Positions 14,357 through 29,700 of a stretch of 64,000 nt of DNA are shown here, in pieces (the stretch's first letter is position 1; each line of letters starts with the position of its first letter). The position numbers were made by a program, and so were the translations under genes. The DNA is from Trichoplax sp. H2. Taxonomy: Eukaryota. The stretch lies in NCBI GenBank assembly GCA_003344405.1, contig NOWV01000026.1, forward strand, positions 310,001-374,000. The letters run 5' to 3'. The notes under the pieces are model-generated. The model had not been told where the DNA came from. It was given only the letters and a program-made list of their open reading frames with translations, and ran no database searches.

Positions 14357-16570
14357 GAGAATCTTCATTGAACTTGATAAACTAAACGCAAACTTACATT
14401 TCCATATGTCAATATCTTATACATTGCTACAATTCGAGTTTTATTAATTTCTTGCTTTAGTATCTGTAACCATAACGGTTACATAAAATTAAATCGCTTC
14501 ATTTTCAGCATTTTTGTACTTCATCATACCAATATCTTTATTGAAAATATTCCTAATTATGCCGTATAGATGGATTAATCCGCATCCTTTCTCCTATAAG
14601 TAATATTATAGATATCTTTAGCATTTCGTCTTCAACACCTACACAGAATTGTCAGTGAAAATATTTATTTTGAATGTACCCAATATTAGACAGATTTACA
14701 AATTCTGCCAGTTCATAGCTCATTTCACAATCTAGCATATCATTTCATGATAAAACTGTGATCCTATAGCTGTTTTATTTTAGGCAGTGCGCTGTTTTAT
14801 GACAGGATACGTTTTCATTCTTTTATGGTAAAAGTTTTCAGTATTTGTAACCGTGTGAATTTTATCCTTTGGTTAATTGCATAATATTCTATTGAAGCTA
14901 ATAATTTCTTAATGATATCTCGCTTTAGCTAGTTTCTATGCTTAAAAATTATAGCATACAGGTTATTATTAGGTTTTGACTTTGCTAGCTTTACAGCAAA
15001 GCTTTAAAAAATAAAAATTTCATTAAAGGTTTTGTTACAAATCTCAGCAATAATTTTACATTGCTCTTTAGTAGATGCTTAATTGTTAGTTTGATAACTG
15101 AGTTTGATTTTTTAAAGGTGATCTTAGTAGTGGAAAATATATCATTGCTCATTTGTTTTAACATTTTGAAAAGGTCTATCGATTTGCAGGCGTTAAGAAG
15201 TTGTATCTATTACAGCAGCGGCTTACTGCTGTAATACTTTTACGCGTATAAATAGTTACAGTCAGCAGTGCATTGTTGATGTTAGTGCAGCGTAAGTGTG
15301 GTTATTTAGCCTAAAGATTTTGGGCTTTATTCTCATCGATCCAGAATAAATGGCAACGGTAATGATGTTGCTTTACGTAAACTCGGTGATGTGGTCAAGT
15401 CAGATTCTCTATTATTATAAAGATGTACTCGAATTGCAGTTAAAACACGTCAATTAAAGAATCAATCTGCGCCTGAAATTATAATTTTTTTCTCATCTAT
15501 CGGTCTACAGCTGATCCTGTGCGAATGTTACCGAATGTAAATTTATACACATGAAAAGTACAACATTTTATGATAAATTAATAAGAGATGGGTAGCAATC
15601 TGAATTCCCGTTAGAGTATAGTATCATTGTATCTAACTTCTTAATTTTATGATCTATAATACCCTTAAGAAAGAATGTAACTGAGATTAGTCTATTTTAA
15701 CTTAGTTGGTTGTATTATTTCTGGTAATTGATCTCTGTATGGGAAGATAATTATGGATGAATTGATAGAGATTCAAATCAATAAAAAATAAAAATACCGT
15801 ATGTAAATCTATATTTTAAACAATTTCTATTTTATTTACTGCAGGACGTGCACGAATATGTTAAGATTTCAAGGACATTTCCGCTTGCTAAAAATTTGCT
15901 AAATTTCTTACTACAGCGAACTGTGTACTGTGTATGAAATAAGATATCAGATTACCAGTGACAATCACATCATATATACTCCATTAACTTAAAATCCACT
16001 ATATTCCGTAGAATTTTCACGGGTTTCACTAGTACTTATTACTACTATCATAGTACTCGCGTACAGTTCGGCAACAGCAGACGTATCATTTGATAATTAT
16101 AAGATATCTGAAGTTTAATATTGCATCACAGAAAATTAAAAAAATATAAAGATTAGGATGAATCGAACATGTCGTTATGAGTAAAGTATTTCAAACAATT
16201 CTTATAGTTTAAGAAATAGCTGGCATTTAAGTACCACTCCTGTTTAACGTAGTATATGCTGAAATCGAAAATATGCTACAAGATTAAGTATAAGAACAAA
16301 TAGTTACAGGCGATAATCCGAAATTTAGAAATATAATAGTTTCCAATTATGTTATAGCAATTATCACTGCGTCAGTTATCTTCGAATATGAATGTGTCTA
16401 ATACCACTGTTATTACTAGTATTGATGTTATGACTGATTTATTTGGCATGCAGATTCTACGAAATAGATATTAATGTTGGCCTATTATTACGGTATCAGT
16501 CTAACCAGCTATGCATTACAGTAGATTATTTAAAATTGCAATAATTGCATGCTACAAAAACAATTAATCT

Positions 16571-19500
16571 TTACACTAAGCCATCATACAGAGAAAGTGC
16601 TTGAACAATAGATGGATCGGATTTTGATCCATCTTGAAACTCTGCCATGGACAATCGTCCGTCGTCGTTCTGCATATTATTTATTTAATCAGTCATATTA
16701 AGATAAGATCAGATCGCATCATTTTAATGCTAGTAATTAAAGTGATGAAATGAAATTTACCTTGTCCATTTGTCTAAATATTTTTTCAACCCTTTTCTCA
16801 GCTGTATTTTCTTCTTCTGGTAGCTTTACCATATTTCCCTAAATAAGAAGCCGTGAACTTTATCGCGTTATATTTTGAAAATCTGATACAGTTGCTAGCA
16901 AGCACGAGATATACTTAAACATAGCTTGTACATTAAGATTATCAGTGAACTTACCACCATTTTATAAATTGCATCAACAATATCTAACATTTCTGACCGT
17001 GTAATATATCCATCATTGTCAAGATCATATAATCGAAAAGCCCCTATTAACAGAATATTTAGTAATTTATAGCGTAAGTCTTTTAACATGAAATTCATAT
17101 TATAAAAGTACTATAGGCTATATATATTATTTTAGTGCGTATCTATCAATTTAAATTAACTGTTATATTTGTATTTCTGCACTAAACTTACTAACATTTA
17201 AGTTTCTCATCTAAACTGCCACGAGAGGTTACTGATAGGGCACATATGAATTCCCGAAATTCAATAGTTCCGTCCTATAAATAACGTTTAATGAATAATT
17301 AGTCAAAACTCTATGGTAAGGAAACAGGAGTAACTTCATAATACTGTATTCCTTAATTAAATACAGGATTCGAAATATAGAGCAATGGTATTATGAGAGA
17401 CACTATAGTAGGGTATTTTTATTGTCGCATGGATTGTACTTTACATATTCGAGATCTTACATAGTCTAGATGGTAAAGTACTGCTAAAATGTTATTAATC
17501 TTACACTGAATTAGGAATAAAAATTAATTTGACTGCTTTAGCATTACACTACGTCATATATTCTGTTCGATATTAATAATTTCGAATTCTTAGTAGTCAA
17601 TAGAATAAAATGATCACTTAGGTACTGATATAGTGACACTGAATTGATATTTATTATGAAGAATCCTATGCTAAAATTTTCTGGCCAATGTCTATTATAA
17701 TCTATTATAATATGGAAAGTATAAGTTTACTTTATTGTTTTATGGAACTCAATTTTATATATTTCTTCCGCAAATGTAATATAAGAATAACCGTGGCGAT
17801 TGTCACTTTTTCCTGTATACCACAAGTCTACACAAAACAACTAAAAAAATATTGGCAAATTTAATCCGAATTATTGTAGATGCTTCCTGAAATCTACATT
17901 TCCCTTAAAAATTGTCAATTATCGAATTTTCTTTCTCTCTGATAGTATTGACACTATATATTTTAATGCCAATTATCTCAGGAAGACAGCTTAATTACTA
18001 ATATGATAACGATTTTTCAACTACGCTATTAATCTTTATGATTACATATACTGTACATCTACTCGTTCTCAATAATAATTATTGCTGTAGCGGTACCGGT
18101 AAGTACAAAAGCGTAGCAATAATCGTTACTCAACGAAGGACTAGTTATTTCAATGGTATAGATTGCAAATAGAAAATTACGAAAATGGGACGCTGTGCAC
18201 TCAGTAGGATGCTTTACGACAATATGGATAACCACCAGTGACATCAAACTGCCTCAATTTGTGCTGAAAACGTACTTGGATTCTATTAGTATGACAATAA
18301 CGAACCTTATTTTCATCAAATACGTTAAATACGAAGCTGGCAAACTTTACCGGATCACCAAAAGGAAAAAATTGTTTGTATATCTTGCAAAATTCCTGTT
18401 TCAAGACAAAAATGTGCTCAAGCTTCAGTTTTTATTCTATTTTACTAATTAGATTACAGAAAATATGTAATTATGGCAACTTTGAAAACTAAACATTAAT
18501 CCAGTCAGTAGGAATGGTAAAATTTAAATGATACCAGAATTATATATTTTCATGAAACATGTTGTAAAAACCTTCACCTTGGTCATATCTTAGCAGTATC
18601 TTGCGTAATTATTATATAATATACAGTTACTTTGCACACTCTTCAAAGTGGTACGATTGGTAAGTATTTGACACATAACCCACTATTCCCAGCATACTAT
18701 TGCTTTCGGAGAAGTACTCGATGAGCGATATAACTCAACAGCATTAAATTATAATTACACACTTTATCCTGTAATAAATAGTATATGATTCGATTTGATA
18801 TTACTAGCTGTAATCTTTTAATGATGATTTAGGGAACATATAACATCAAAAGTATGGGGTAAAAGCGACGCTAGAGTAATACTGCAGCTATTCTTGCCTT
18901 AATAATCACAACCTAGCGAAGCGATACGAACAGGACTTTCAAATTTTACATCGCATAGTGTTATATACTACTATTATAGATATCGATAGCAGTCTGGAAA
19001 AAATCATTACTCGTACTTTTCTTAAACAGGAACAGATCGCCACGAAATTCGTCAACTTAAAAGGATAAACGGTACTAATCAAGATAATCTGTCCGTTTGA
19101 TATAATTACTACAGCATTTTGCAGAATCTCACCTATTTAAAGCAGTATTAGCGTATAATTGAATACTAAATTCAGATACAGTAGTTTAATAAAACCACGT
19201 TGCAGTAGTACTGAGAAGTTTAACTTTAAGGGTGTATACGAGCTATCGGACGGCATCATTAAAACGAAATCAATCAAATCGTTAAGGAAAGAAGCAATTT
19301 TTTCCTTCTGAATGCTCTTGAATTAAAAGAAATGGGACATTCTTCCTCTTTTCTCTTATTTCTGCTATGGGACAAAATTATTACTTTTCCAGCGCAAACA
19401 GCTACAGAAACAAAGGCCAAACAATTGTTGGCCAAGATATATTATGCAGTAAATAAAGTTTTACGCCTTGGCCTACATGTTTTATCCTAGATATTGCTTA

Positions 19501-20539
19501 CGAAGAATATGAAAAGTACTATCCACATAATCGTACGAATTCATATATCTTACATCTAGATCAAGTAATCCACTTGGGCAGTCTTTTAGAAATCCCTTGT
19601 ACCTAATTGTTATGGTCAATGAATATATTGATTAATGTTGGCGTCTTTCAAGAAAAGTAGATAATTTTCTTAAATCTATTCGATTTTTATCCACTAGATA
19701 CCTTCAAACATGCTGTAAACATACAATGTATAACAAATTGCAACTTAAATTAGTGATATAAATCAATAATAATTAAGCAATTTAATAGCCGTTACCTTGA
19801 TTTTTTACGTAAAACTTTGCTTTTTATTTACGATTAGTATCAATTTAAGTCAATAATTGTAAAACTAACAATTAATCTTCAGACTCAATATTAAGACTAT
19901 TTCTCGACACTGTCAATTAATCGATGCAAGTTAAATTTTTTAAGTCAAGTGCTGAACTTATTACTGTACTGTACTGTGTGTTCGAAAGTAGTTGGAATAC
20001 ATATGCAGATAATACACAATGCTTACTTACCATTGCTGCAATTCTTTTTCAGTAACTGATAGAAAGTTTTTGTTGGATTAATCCCATTTACAAGGTTGGC
20101 CATTTAGACCCACGACGGAAAAAAAACATGTGGTAAATTTTCAGCTTAATTAATGATTAAATAAAAAGAAAGGGTAATAGAATAATATCCAGTGTTTTTA
20201 CATGTGTCGATAGCGGATGAAGGAATGACAAAAGGTGCTGGTTTTAGAGAACTAAGAAATTCTATCACTAATAAATTATTACATAATCGAATTTTTACTT
20301 AGTAAATAAATTAGATTTTCAAAACTGACTACGTATAAACTGCAAAATATATTGAGTACATTAATTTAACTATTTCATATTTATGGTTTGTAATCCTTAT
20401 TGAATTTAGAAATATTAATTTTCAGCTTCAACTGAATCATCTTCCTACTCTTTGACAATATAAATTTAAACTTACAGTGGGTATGTTGCGTTAATTCATC
20501 GACCAATTCTGCCTTTAACTTGCTGTTTTTCTTACCCAT
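16571..20539 (-). CDS. NCS1: Neuronal calcium sensor 1 / frequenin, 190 aa
   Basis: Exons 20539-20476, 20055-20031, 19602-19554, 18395-18306, 17274-17196, 17043-16955, 16838-16761 and 16669-16571 total 573 nt. Protein MGKKNSKL...[12 protein letters not shown]...[12 protein letters not shown]...[12 protein letters not shown]...[15 protein letters not shown]. Confidence 0.97.
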
Positions 20540-21419
20540 AATTAGCAATTGAAATGTCGAATATTGGATCTAATGATAGTACAGTACAGTATAAAACTAG
20601 ATTAAACGATAATCACTTTATCCAAGAATCCTTGATGAGCGAATTTGATTCAACGATCTCAAACCGTTTTATTTGGTCTTGATAAAATGATGACTACGAA
20701 TATAAATATAAGTCAACCATCGTTAATGCCTAGTTCTTATGAAGTAAGGAAGGAAATCGGTGTTGCGGTATTACTATCCAAGTTAATAGGTACTTAGAAT
20801 TGATTAACAAACTGACACATACTGTAAGCGTGAAAAATAATATTTATTACTGATTTGCCTTATAATTGAAATTGAAAACGTAGCGAAAATAGATACAATC
20901 AATTTCTACCTTGATAAATAAGTCCAATTTTTTCCTTTTTTTTCCCTAGTTTTAGTTAACCTACAAATCGTCACTATAATTACCCTCAAATTGTAATAAT
21001 TTTTTCAGATAAATCTTACATAACCCTTTGTCGTTCATCAAGAGAATGCTAATAAGTATGCATAATAATAGCAGCTTTATTATTTCCCCCTCCCTAGTGT
21101 CAGATACAATACAAAGTTTTAATGTGTACAGTTATGTACGGGTGCCCGTAATGATTGATAATTCTAATTATTTATTCTCTGCCCTTAGTAACTGCTGAAC
21201 CATACGTGTGTGTATCCAAGCCTCTTGATGATGTCAATGGTCGCGATAGAAAGAATGTCCGTTGTTATGATGATGAGATTTTGGCGATGGTACAGTATAA
21301 TAACACCTATTCTTTCACGACATGGTGCAGGTACGCACAACTAGAAGATAGTAATAACTATACAGTAATAGAACGTCATCAAGAAAGTTTATGCAGAAAA
21401 TCCTTCCCCTGACTTACCA

Positions 21420-21435
21420 GTATATACTGTACGTA

Positions 21436-21474
<39 letters not shown>

Positions 21475-22540
21475 CATTATACATTACAGTAATGTACTTA
21501 CAGAATATGTATTGGTCAACAGTCTTTAACACATTTGACCCGACCCGTACATTACTACACTATGTCTTTTAGTACGAGCACAGTGTACTGTACAGTGTGC
21601 TGTACACTGAGTACATCGTGTTTACCTAGTTTATATATGTACTGTACATGTACAGTATTCTTCTTCTTTAATATGTTCTTGCTTAGTATTATTACTGTTA
21701 CTGCTATCATAAGTCACTGACTGTTATTACGAATTGACTTATGATAGCAGTAATAGCTTGTAGAATCTCATACTCTTGATTTAGATTAGTAAAATAGTAA
21801 GTCACCTTTCCATTTTCCACATTAATTTCACTTGTTTATTAAACTAACTAGTGCTACAAAATTCTATTTTATATTTTCATGTGATGGTTATCCAATGTCG
21901 TTCCATTTGTCTGCACTTGTCATAAAATTCGTGGGATCAACTGAGTCATGCATGTTTATCTCTTCCCTAATAAAAACCCTACAGCCCTCATCATGGTAAA
22001 TACAGATTGATAACTAAATTTTATAGTACTGGAAATAGTCATTAAAAGATGCATGAGAATGACCATTTTGTAAATCCGAAGTAGGTATTATGTGTGTACT
22101 TCAAATATTTCTATCTACAACTTTATCCTTATGTGCATATCCTACAGCTATCTCGTACGTATCTCTCACGGTCTCACTTTAGCCTAAATAGTAAATTGCA
22201 TTGATCTGTTTTCGCTACATGCTTGCAAATATCTACGGTAGAATTTTTTTTCCAGAAATTTATAAGCTAACCATCTCATACGCGTAAATTAATCTGAGCG
22301 TAAAGCTATCCTCATACGAATTGTGGCAAATATAATTACTAATTATAATTGCTATTACAATACTTATTTTACTATCTTGAGGTGATACAGTATATTGTAC
22401 TGTACAAGTACTGCGCAGTAGACTAGCTTACTGACTAGTCTAGTACACTACACAGTGGCTTGACCATGGGCTGAGCTGCTGTTCCATATACTGTAAAGTA
22501 CTGTACAATATAGTACACACAGTACTGTATTGTACCGTAT
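21420..22540. repeat. (TA)n microsatellite (about 21439-21470) and two CAGTA/TACTG patches (about 21420-21660 and 22385-22540) between the divergent NCS genes
   Basis: Directly visible tatatata run and tactgtac/cagtactg motifs. Confidence 0.75.
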
Positions 22541-25500
22541 TATTTTGACTCAAGGTGAATTCTGTGCTATATCATTTTGTCGATAGTATCAAAAGCAAAT
22601 AATACGAGTAATCTCATGTATTTTTATCACTACTGCACTACTACGCTGGCGGTAACGCAAGCGGGTATTTGCTAGTACCGTATAATGGATAATAAATATA
22701 GATTTACCATAATTGTTTCATTTAGTGTTATTACTTTCCGTAAATAATCATTTTTTTTTTATATGAACATGATTATAGTGGCGTTATTGGAAGGAATCAG
22801 GAATACAGTAGCTACAGTTGTTCTTTTACTTAGGGACATTTGTGCGCGACTTAACTAAACACCTAACGTGCATTAGGTGTGTTATAACATAAGAGATTTT
22901 GTATTAATCTACGGTAGCAGTCTTATTTATGGACAGTTCCCTAACATACTCGTATAGTGCTAATTAGTATTAGTTGCTGAACCTGTTCTTTATAAGATTG
23001 CACGATTCTTTTTCTAAAGAATTTATACAATAACAATTATGCTGAGTTCTTATTTTATCTAAATAAGATAACTTAGATCTTCTAATAATAGCTTGGATAT
23101 CGTGACAGAATGTTCCAATTCTTTAGGAAGGACAATAAGTGACTTATTGCTTCCGATATTTCCTAATTAGCCTTTTCATCGGTTGACAAATCTGATGTAA
23201 AATTCTATATAGTGCTACTGTACTTTGAATTTTAAACAAATTGACCCAATAACTTATAAAGCATCAAATGGGTTAATAAACCTTTCAAATAGTTCGATAT
23301 AACTCGAAAAATTTATGCATGCAATTTTTCTATCTTCATGAGTCATTATTTCGTAATAAAACACCACAAAGATTCAATACTTTTATAAAATTTACTAATA
23401 TTGTGGAAGGTAGATGTTATTGTACTAGCAGTGCTGTACTGCATTAATTGTTACTACAGTATTTACAGGACTTATTAACCAATATACAACATGCATGTGA
23501 TATAATTGAATGGACCTATACACTGCAGTAGTTTAGATTACTGTCTATTAAGTTTGTTTACTTTCTGCTGTAATATTTTACTGCATTATAGCTGAAGATA
23601 TTTTTATATGATCTAGGGTTGATATCTACTCCAAGTTGAGATGGGAGTGTTTTTACATTCGCCCATATTTTGTAGTGTAATTAGGATATCAAATCTTCAA
23701 TGTAGTTAATATTTATAATCTTTTTAGGGGTGATTACTCAATTGTAATAAAGAATAAAATAGGCACTAAATGTGGCAAAATGTCTTATTATTTTATTGAC
23801 AAATTATGATGATTATGTGATCAATTTGAAAGTCTGGCAATGATTGATATATTAGCGCGCTTCAACAGAGTTTAGAATGGCGAATGGTAGCACATCTGCC
23901 TAGTATGGTATTTTATTAGCTGTAGACTATTTAATGCTGTACAAGCGCCATTATTTATTATAAAATTCTCAGCCGAAAAATAAGGATATAAAACACTTTC
24001 TTCATTTGGTGAGTTAACGTTTTCTGTAAGAAATTTGTCGTAGTATCTTTAGGTGCTTAAGTTATGTCTGGAGCTGTTATCTACCATTCATTGTTATCTT
24101 GCAGTAAGAGTCATTTAATGCTCTTAAACGTGTGCAATATTTTCATAAATTCTTCTATTTACCGATGAGACAGCTTTAGGTTCTTTGACAATGACGTCAG
24201 CTTCTATGAAAGGAACCAGCTTGCTAAAACTAGATAGCTTAATATCGAGACAAGTTGAAGAATGAAGACCATAGAGATAAAAAGAATTAAGCAAAACTTA
24301 TCATGATGATTTATAATAATCAATCCTGCACTATGCGTATTTATTTATTGCTATAAAATTCTAAATTCGCATTTTCATTTTCAGTTAACTGCTGAAATTA
24401 TTCTCCATTATTAATAAGCAAGCAGTTAATACAGATTAACAAGTAGTAGTACTTTTTATGCTTATGTCTGTAATTGCAGGATGATATCTGCTAAAAGAAT
24501 AGTTTGCACTGTACGAATTCGAATACCTACCACGAAGTATCAGTACTAATCTCATCTTTCTCAAGCCACGGTTTACGCGTAGTTTTATTATGATTTCTTC
24601 GCAAGGTTTTGACCATCAATATGGTACATGTTGGGTATAGCTTTCAATGAAGCTTACAGATGGTATTAATCCTTAATTATTATTGTAATAGTACCTTATA
24701 TAGTTATGTATTTTAGCTATATGTAGTTAGTTTTTGAATTTTCATTGTTCGTATAACCAATGCGATCATTTTATGTTATTCAAAGGTCATGATGGTAGTC
24801 GTTACCTTCATTATTTTTTATGATTAATTTATAACCAGTGTCAATATTTCATCAATATGTTCAAACGCAATTTATATCGCTGGTAAAAAGTGAAATCGAG
24901 AAAAGGCTTTGCTATTCATTTCGACGCCCTATGATTAAATTTTTATTTTATAGGCAGCAATCAATAACTCTAATGTATATACAATAGAGATTACTTCAAA
25001 TGATTGGCTCAATGCCGATTTGATTGTGCATGGATTCTTTAATTTGGGGTTGTAATTCAGTAGAATGTTGCTGTTCTGCCTTATTTTATTGTAATCTTAA
25101 ATAGGATTTCAACGAGATAAAATAACTACCAGAGAAACGTTTGTGCCGATTCTGAACAGTACATCGATAATTTTGTAGCTTAGACTGGTAGTTTTATTCA
25201 AGCACAGAAATATTAATATACTGATAGTATAAGTACGAATTTAATAGTCAGCTTTTCTTGAAGTATATTAATAGTAAAATGGATAATCTAAGGTCTTTTA
25301 AGGGATGATATCGGCAAGCTGTAACAAACTTAGAGTTATCAAATCATAAGTTTTTCTAACCTACTATTATAAAATCTTTTAATATCAAGCTAAAGATATT
25401 GCTGTTTATTGCTATATTTGTCTGAAATATTAGCCTCTGCGCATAAAAAGAAAATGTACCAGTATTTTAATTATTTGTCTATAAAATTATGATTTTTAAA

Positions 25501-26730
25501 TCATTAAAGTTTAAATAGAAATGAATATTAGCAAAAGAGGATATAGCTAATTTCCGTTCATTTAGCAAAGAAAGACTACCAATAGGAGGGTTACTACTTC
25601 GCCTTTATGCTAGATAACATACGCATAGGCTGCTTTGAACAGCATCATCTGATTGGCTAGTATCAAGTATCGCAAGTGTAACGTTATAAGATCAACTTAC
25701 ATTTACCAAGATTTGAAATTTAACTGATTATAAATTAGGGGATAAATGAAATCAATGAATTGAATGACTAATTTAATATCTTTAACGATAGTTTCTTACC
25801 TTGTAGTATACATTTCATAAAGTCATTATACACTGTACAGTAGCTATGGTATCGCAGGACAGGTGGGTGCTCTTTTTGATTAAAAATCGCCTTTATTCGG
25901 AATGTAATTAGATTATAGCCACAAATCGATTTCGTTTGCTGGGTGTAGAAATTGCGAGAGAGAGCTACGTACACAATGATTATTCCATATTGTTATTCAA
26001 CCTACATGGGAACTATTGTTATGGCAGTATATCTTCCTCGTACGACTGGAAAAAAATAATAGTAGTTAATTGAGGAGTTCAATTACGGATAATAGCTTGC
26101 TATTTTCGTCATCTATTGTCAATAAACTTAATTTCTAATTAACATCAACTCAATTATGAGACAAGAGAAAATATTGTCTTGGTATAAAATTAAAAGCAGT
26201 CATAATAGCGCTAGATATAAAGAGGTAATATTGCCATGCAGGCAATGGCATAATAGATTCAGGAGGTGGAGACAAATCTATTCTCAATGCCCCTTTACAA
26301 CAATACTTAGTAACAGCGTCTTGAGTAAAATAATGGATATGATGATGGCTATTCAATATTATTTTTTTACCCTTGTCGTCTTGTTTGATTCTCAAGTTGT
26401 TGTATTGATTCATTGATTGCTTACATAAGTTTCAGCATTTAAATTAAAATTAATTTTCCAATCAATCTATCTATGTAATAACTTCGCTTCAACTTTGTTC
26501 CTTTTATAAGTACTTTCATTTCAGTCTTTTATTTGTATTACTACGGTATTTCTTTCATCTTTACGGCAAAATTTCCATCACTACTGAGTTTCAATTTTTA
26601 TGGCTGATATGGTTTATTATTAAAGATCTTTTAAAAATATTAGAATATTTTTGGCGCAGTAAACGTAAAAAATTGTAGTACCTAGTTTTATTCATATTTA
26701 TTTAAGTGACGCTAAGTGAGAATAACAATT

Positions 26731-29700
26731 ATGGGACAAACAAGATCCAAATCCATTACTAAATTATCTCCAGAAGTATTGGAAGAATTGGAGCAAACAA
26801 CGCACTGTAAGTGGAAATAGAATTGCTCAAACGAGTAAAAATTAACCATATCACATTGTTAATCGTAGTACATTATTAGTAAAAGCCATTCTACCTTTTA
26901 ATGGGTTTGTCGTGCTCCTTCATATCCTTCGGTATATGAAGATGAAGAATTACAACAAATCAATACTTAATTAAGAATAAGGCAAGTTCTCCGCGAGTGT
27001 GTTGACTTGTTAAATCCGTAACTTCATCTTCTAGTCTGATTGGAGTCGAAATGATTAAGCAATACCGAAAAATATGGATCATAGACCTTCTTTACTTTTA
27101 TAAAATTATAAGAAATTTATTATATAAAATGTATATTTGCCCTATTTTTGCTTGCGTACTCTTTATTATAGCCAAATAGATATTTAGAACGGTAAAACAA
27201 AGGAAAGCAAAAAATTCTTATAGATATTTTTTTAAAGACTGATCACTGCTTTATTCTCATTTTATTGGGTTAAGATTGAAGAATTACAGTTGTGACCCTT
27301 CCTTTCGTCGTTAAGATTCCCAACTTCTAAAAGTGCTCCGTAGATTTAACCTTGAACATGATACTTTATAAAATATTATCAAATTTGAATATAATCTGTT
27401 CATTAGTCCAATCCAGTACGATTAATTTTTTATTTTAATTTATTGCGAAGGAATTGCTAGCGAAAATATGTTCCTATACGAGCAATAGAATTGCAACTAT
27501 TTTTATGTAGTTAATTATCTTCCAACATTATCTAGTCAACTGTTGTACATTTCTGATCGTATTTGAAGAGTTCAGTTTTTCATGTTGGATTTTATAGAGT
27601 ATACAAGAGTTTATAGTACTATTATTGCACCTATAATGATACAGCTTAATATCAGTTACCTAAAATTTCATCATTTTCTCTTATAATTTTAAGTATTGAA
27701 ATTTGGATGGCTAATCCTGCAAATTATTTTAAAATTAAAAGTTATTTCTTGTTATTTTTATCATTATCGTAATAGTTTCCAAGAAAGAAATTACTCGATG
27801 GTAAGAATGTTATCCGATAAATTGTTGAAATGACAACTGGCTAAAACAATAAATTAAAAACATACTTTTGCCAATAGAATAAATTTCAATGTACATTATT
27901 ATTACAAAATCAAATTTAATATTATTTAGGTCATATTATCAATAACGATGATGACTATACCTGACTTAGTTAACGTACGATTGAAATAGGAATAGAAAGT
28001 TCTTAAGAGATAATACCATCATCTTGTCCTAACTTTAGAATCAATCATAGAAATTTTGATTAACTACATCAATTTTAATGAATTTATTGCTACTAGTAAT
28101 CGATCATGACTACGACAGGATAGGATAATTGATAGCCATTTTATTAGATGAACTATGTAGCAAATTTATGAACACTTGAAGATTTCTATGCTATAGACCT
28201 TGTTTATTTTGCTAAAGATAGTTGATATTTTTATTCAAGGTATAAAGATTTTATTAAAGACTGCCCTTCTGGACAACTGAAGCAAGATGTAAGTTTGAAA
28301 GATTTGTCGGGTTTATATACTGTTTTATATATATCCCTATCGTAGCTATTCTTAGGAAGGGGAGTAATATCTTGATAACATTGTAAAACTTAGAGTATAT
28401 CGTAAACAGCAATATTTCCGTCAGTTATCTGTTCACGATACCGTATTTATAGTTGGTATCTACTGGCTATCAAATTAGTTGAACTTCTTTTTTACGTTAT
28501 AGTCATAGTTCAATTTTCTACGAGTAGCATTGTTTTAGTTATTATTCCTTCCTGTCCGAGCTATCTAATGCTAATATTATACCACGTATAAATCTAAATT
28601 GCATAATACTGTACATCGTATATGTGGCCGTAATTTTCATTATCTAAATGTATTATTTTAGCTATAAGTATAACATTTTACGCTGAAACCAAGCCAGAAG
28701 ATAAATATGTGTATGGTCCTTCTTAGTCGACACTTATTGATTTTAAAACATCTATTTGTCAATAGCACTCATTCCTATGCCCACAATTTATCCTTTTTGT
28801 CTATTTTGTGATGTTAATATTGCGTTTCATTAAATGTCCAAATTTTCAGCGTTTATTAATTAACAATATTAAGTGCTGTCCATACCAATCTGAAATATGC
28901 AGTATATGAAAGACAGAAATATTAAAATTTCAATCGATTTCAAGTTTACTAGATCGTTTGCAACTTTCTCGTTACTATAAAATCTAAAATGATACACTTT
29001 AAACTATCAAAAGGTTAGTTTATTAGATTCAATTACAGATTGAAGTGCAGAATTGCAGGGGTTATTTGCGAAGCTGATAGAAAGGAATAAGTGGTAAAAT
29101 TACAGCCTTATGCAAGAGCATTGGGAAGCCTTCTAAATTTCTTTACTAGAATGAAAGCTAAATGTGATTGAAATTATTTTGCAAAATACGATAATTGTTT
29201 ATGTCTAGAGATCTAAAATTTTACGATTGTATGAATTTCTACAAGAAAAATGCAAATATAAGATTATACGATATTTACTACTAAAGCTGAGTGAGGAAAA
29301 CAAAGTATAGTGGTTTAAACATTGACTTTATTACAAAGGCTTCAATGGAAATTCTTCCAACTTCGGTTATTGCAAATACTATCTTTTATACTTATATAAA
29401 ACTGAATATAAAATTTTTACCTGAATAGATGGAGTAAAGTAGCTAGCTATACGCTTGAATATTGATAAATTATATTAAACTGCTTGTAATTACAGTAGCA
29501 AAAGACAGCGAAGCTTAGTCGATGCAGATAAATTGTAATATAATAATGCTCCACAGCAATGATAATCATGATTGACTAGATCATTCAATCATCTAACAAA
29601 TGATATTTTCGAACTGAAAGTTATGATACGAGTTCTTACTTGATATATTAATTATACTACTATTTTGGTCATGATAATCTATTTAAACATTTCAAAAGAT

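Noticed and set aside
19701..19712. Possible 11-nt microexon in NCS1 intron 2 (minus strand ttacag-CATGTTTGAAG-gtatct)
   Set aside because: It would shift the frame, is not needed for the 190-aa protein, and such AG/GT pairs arise by chance.
21155..21412. 85-aa plus-strand ORF between the NCS genes
   Set aside because: It has a non-ATG start, no recognisable domain or exon chain, and probably lies in the NCS1 5' leader or promoter region.
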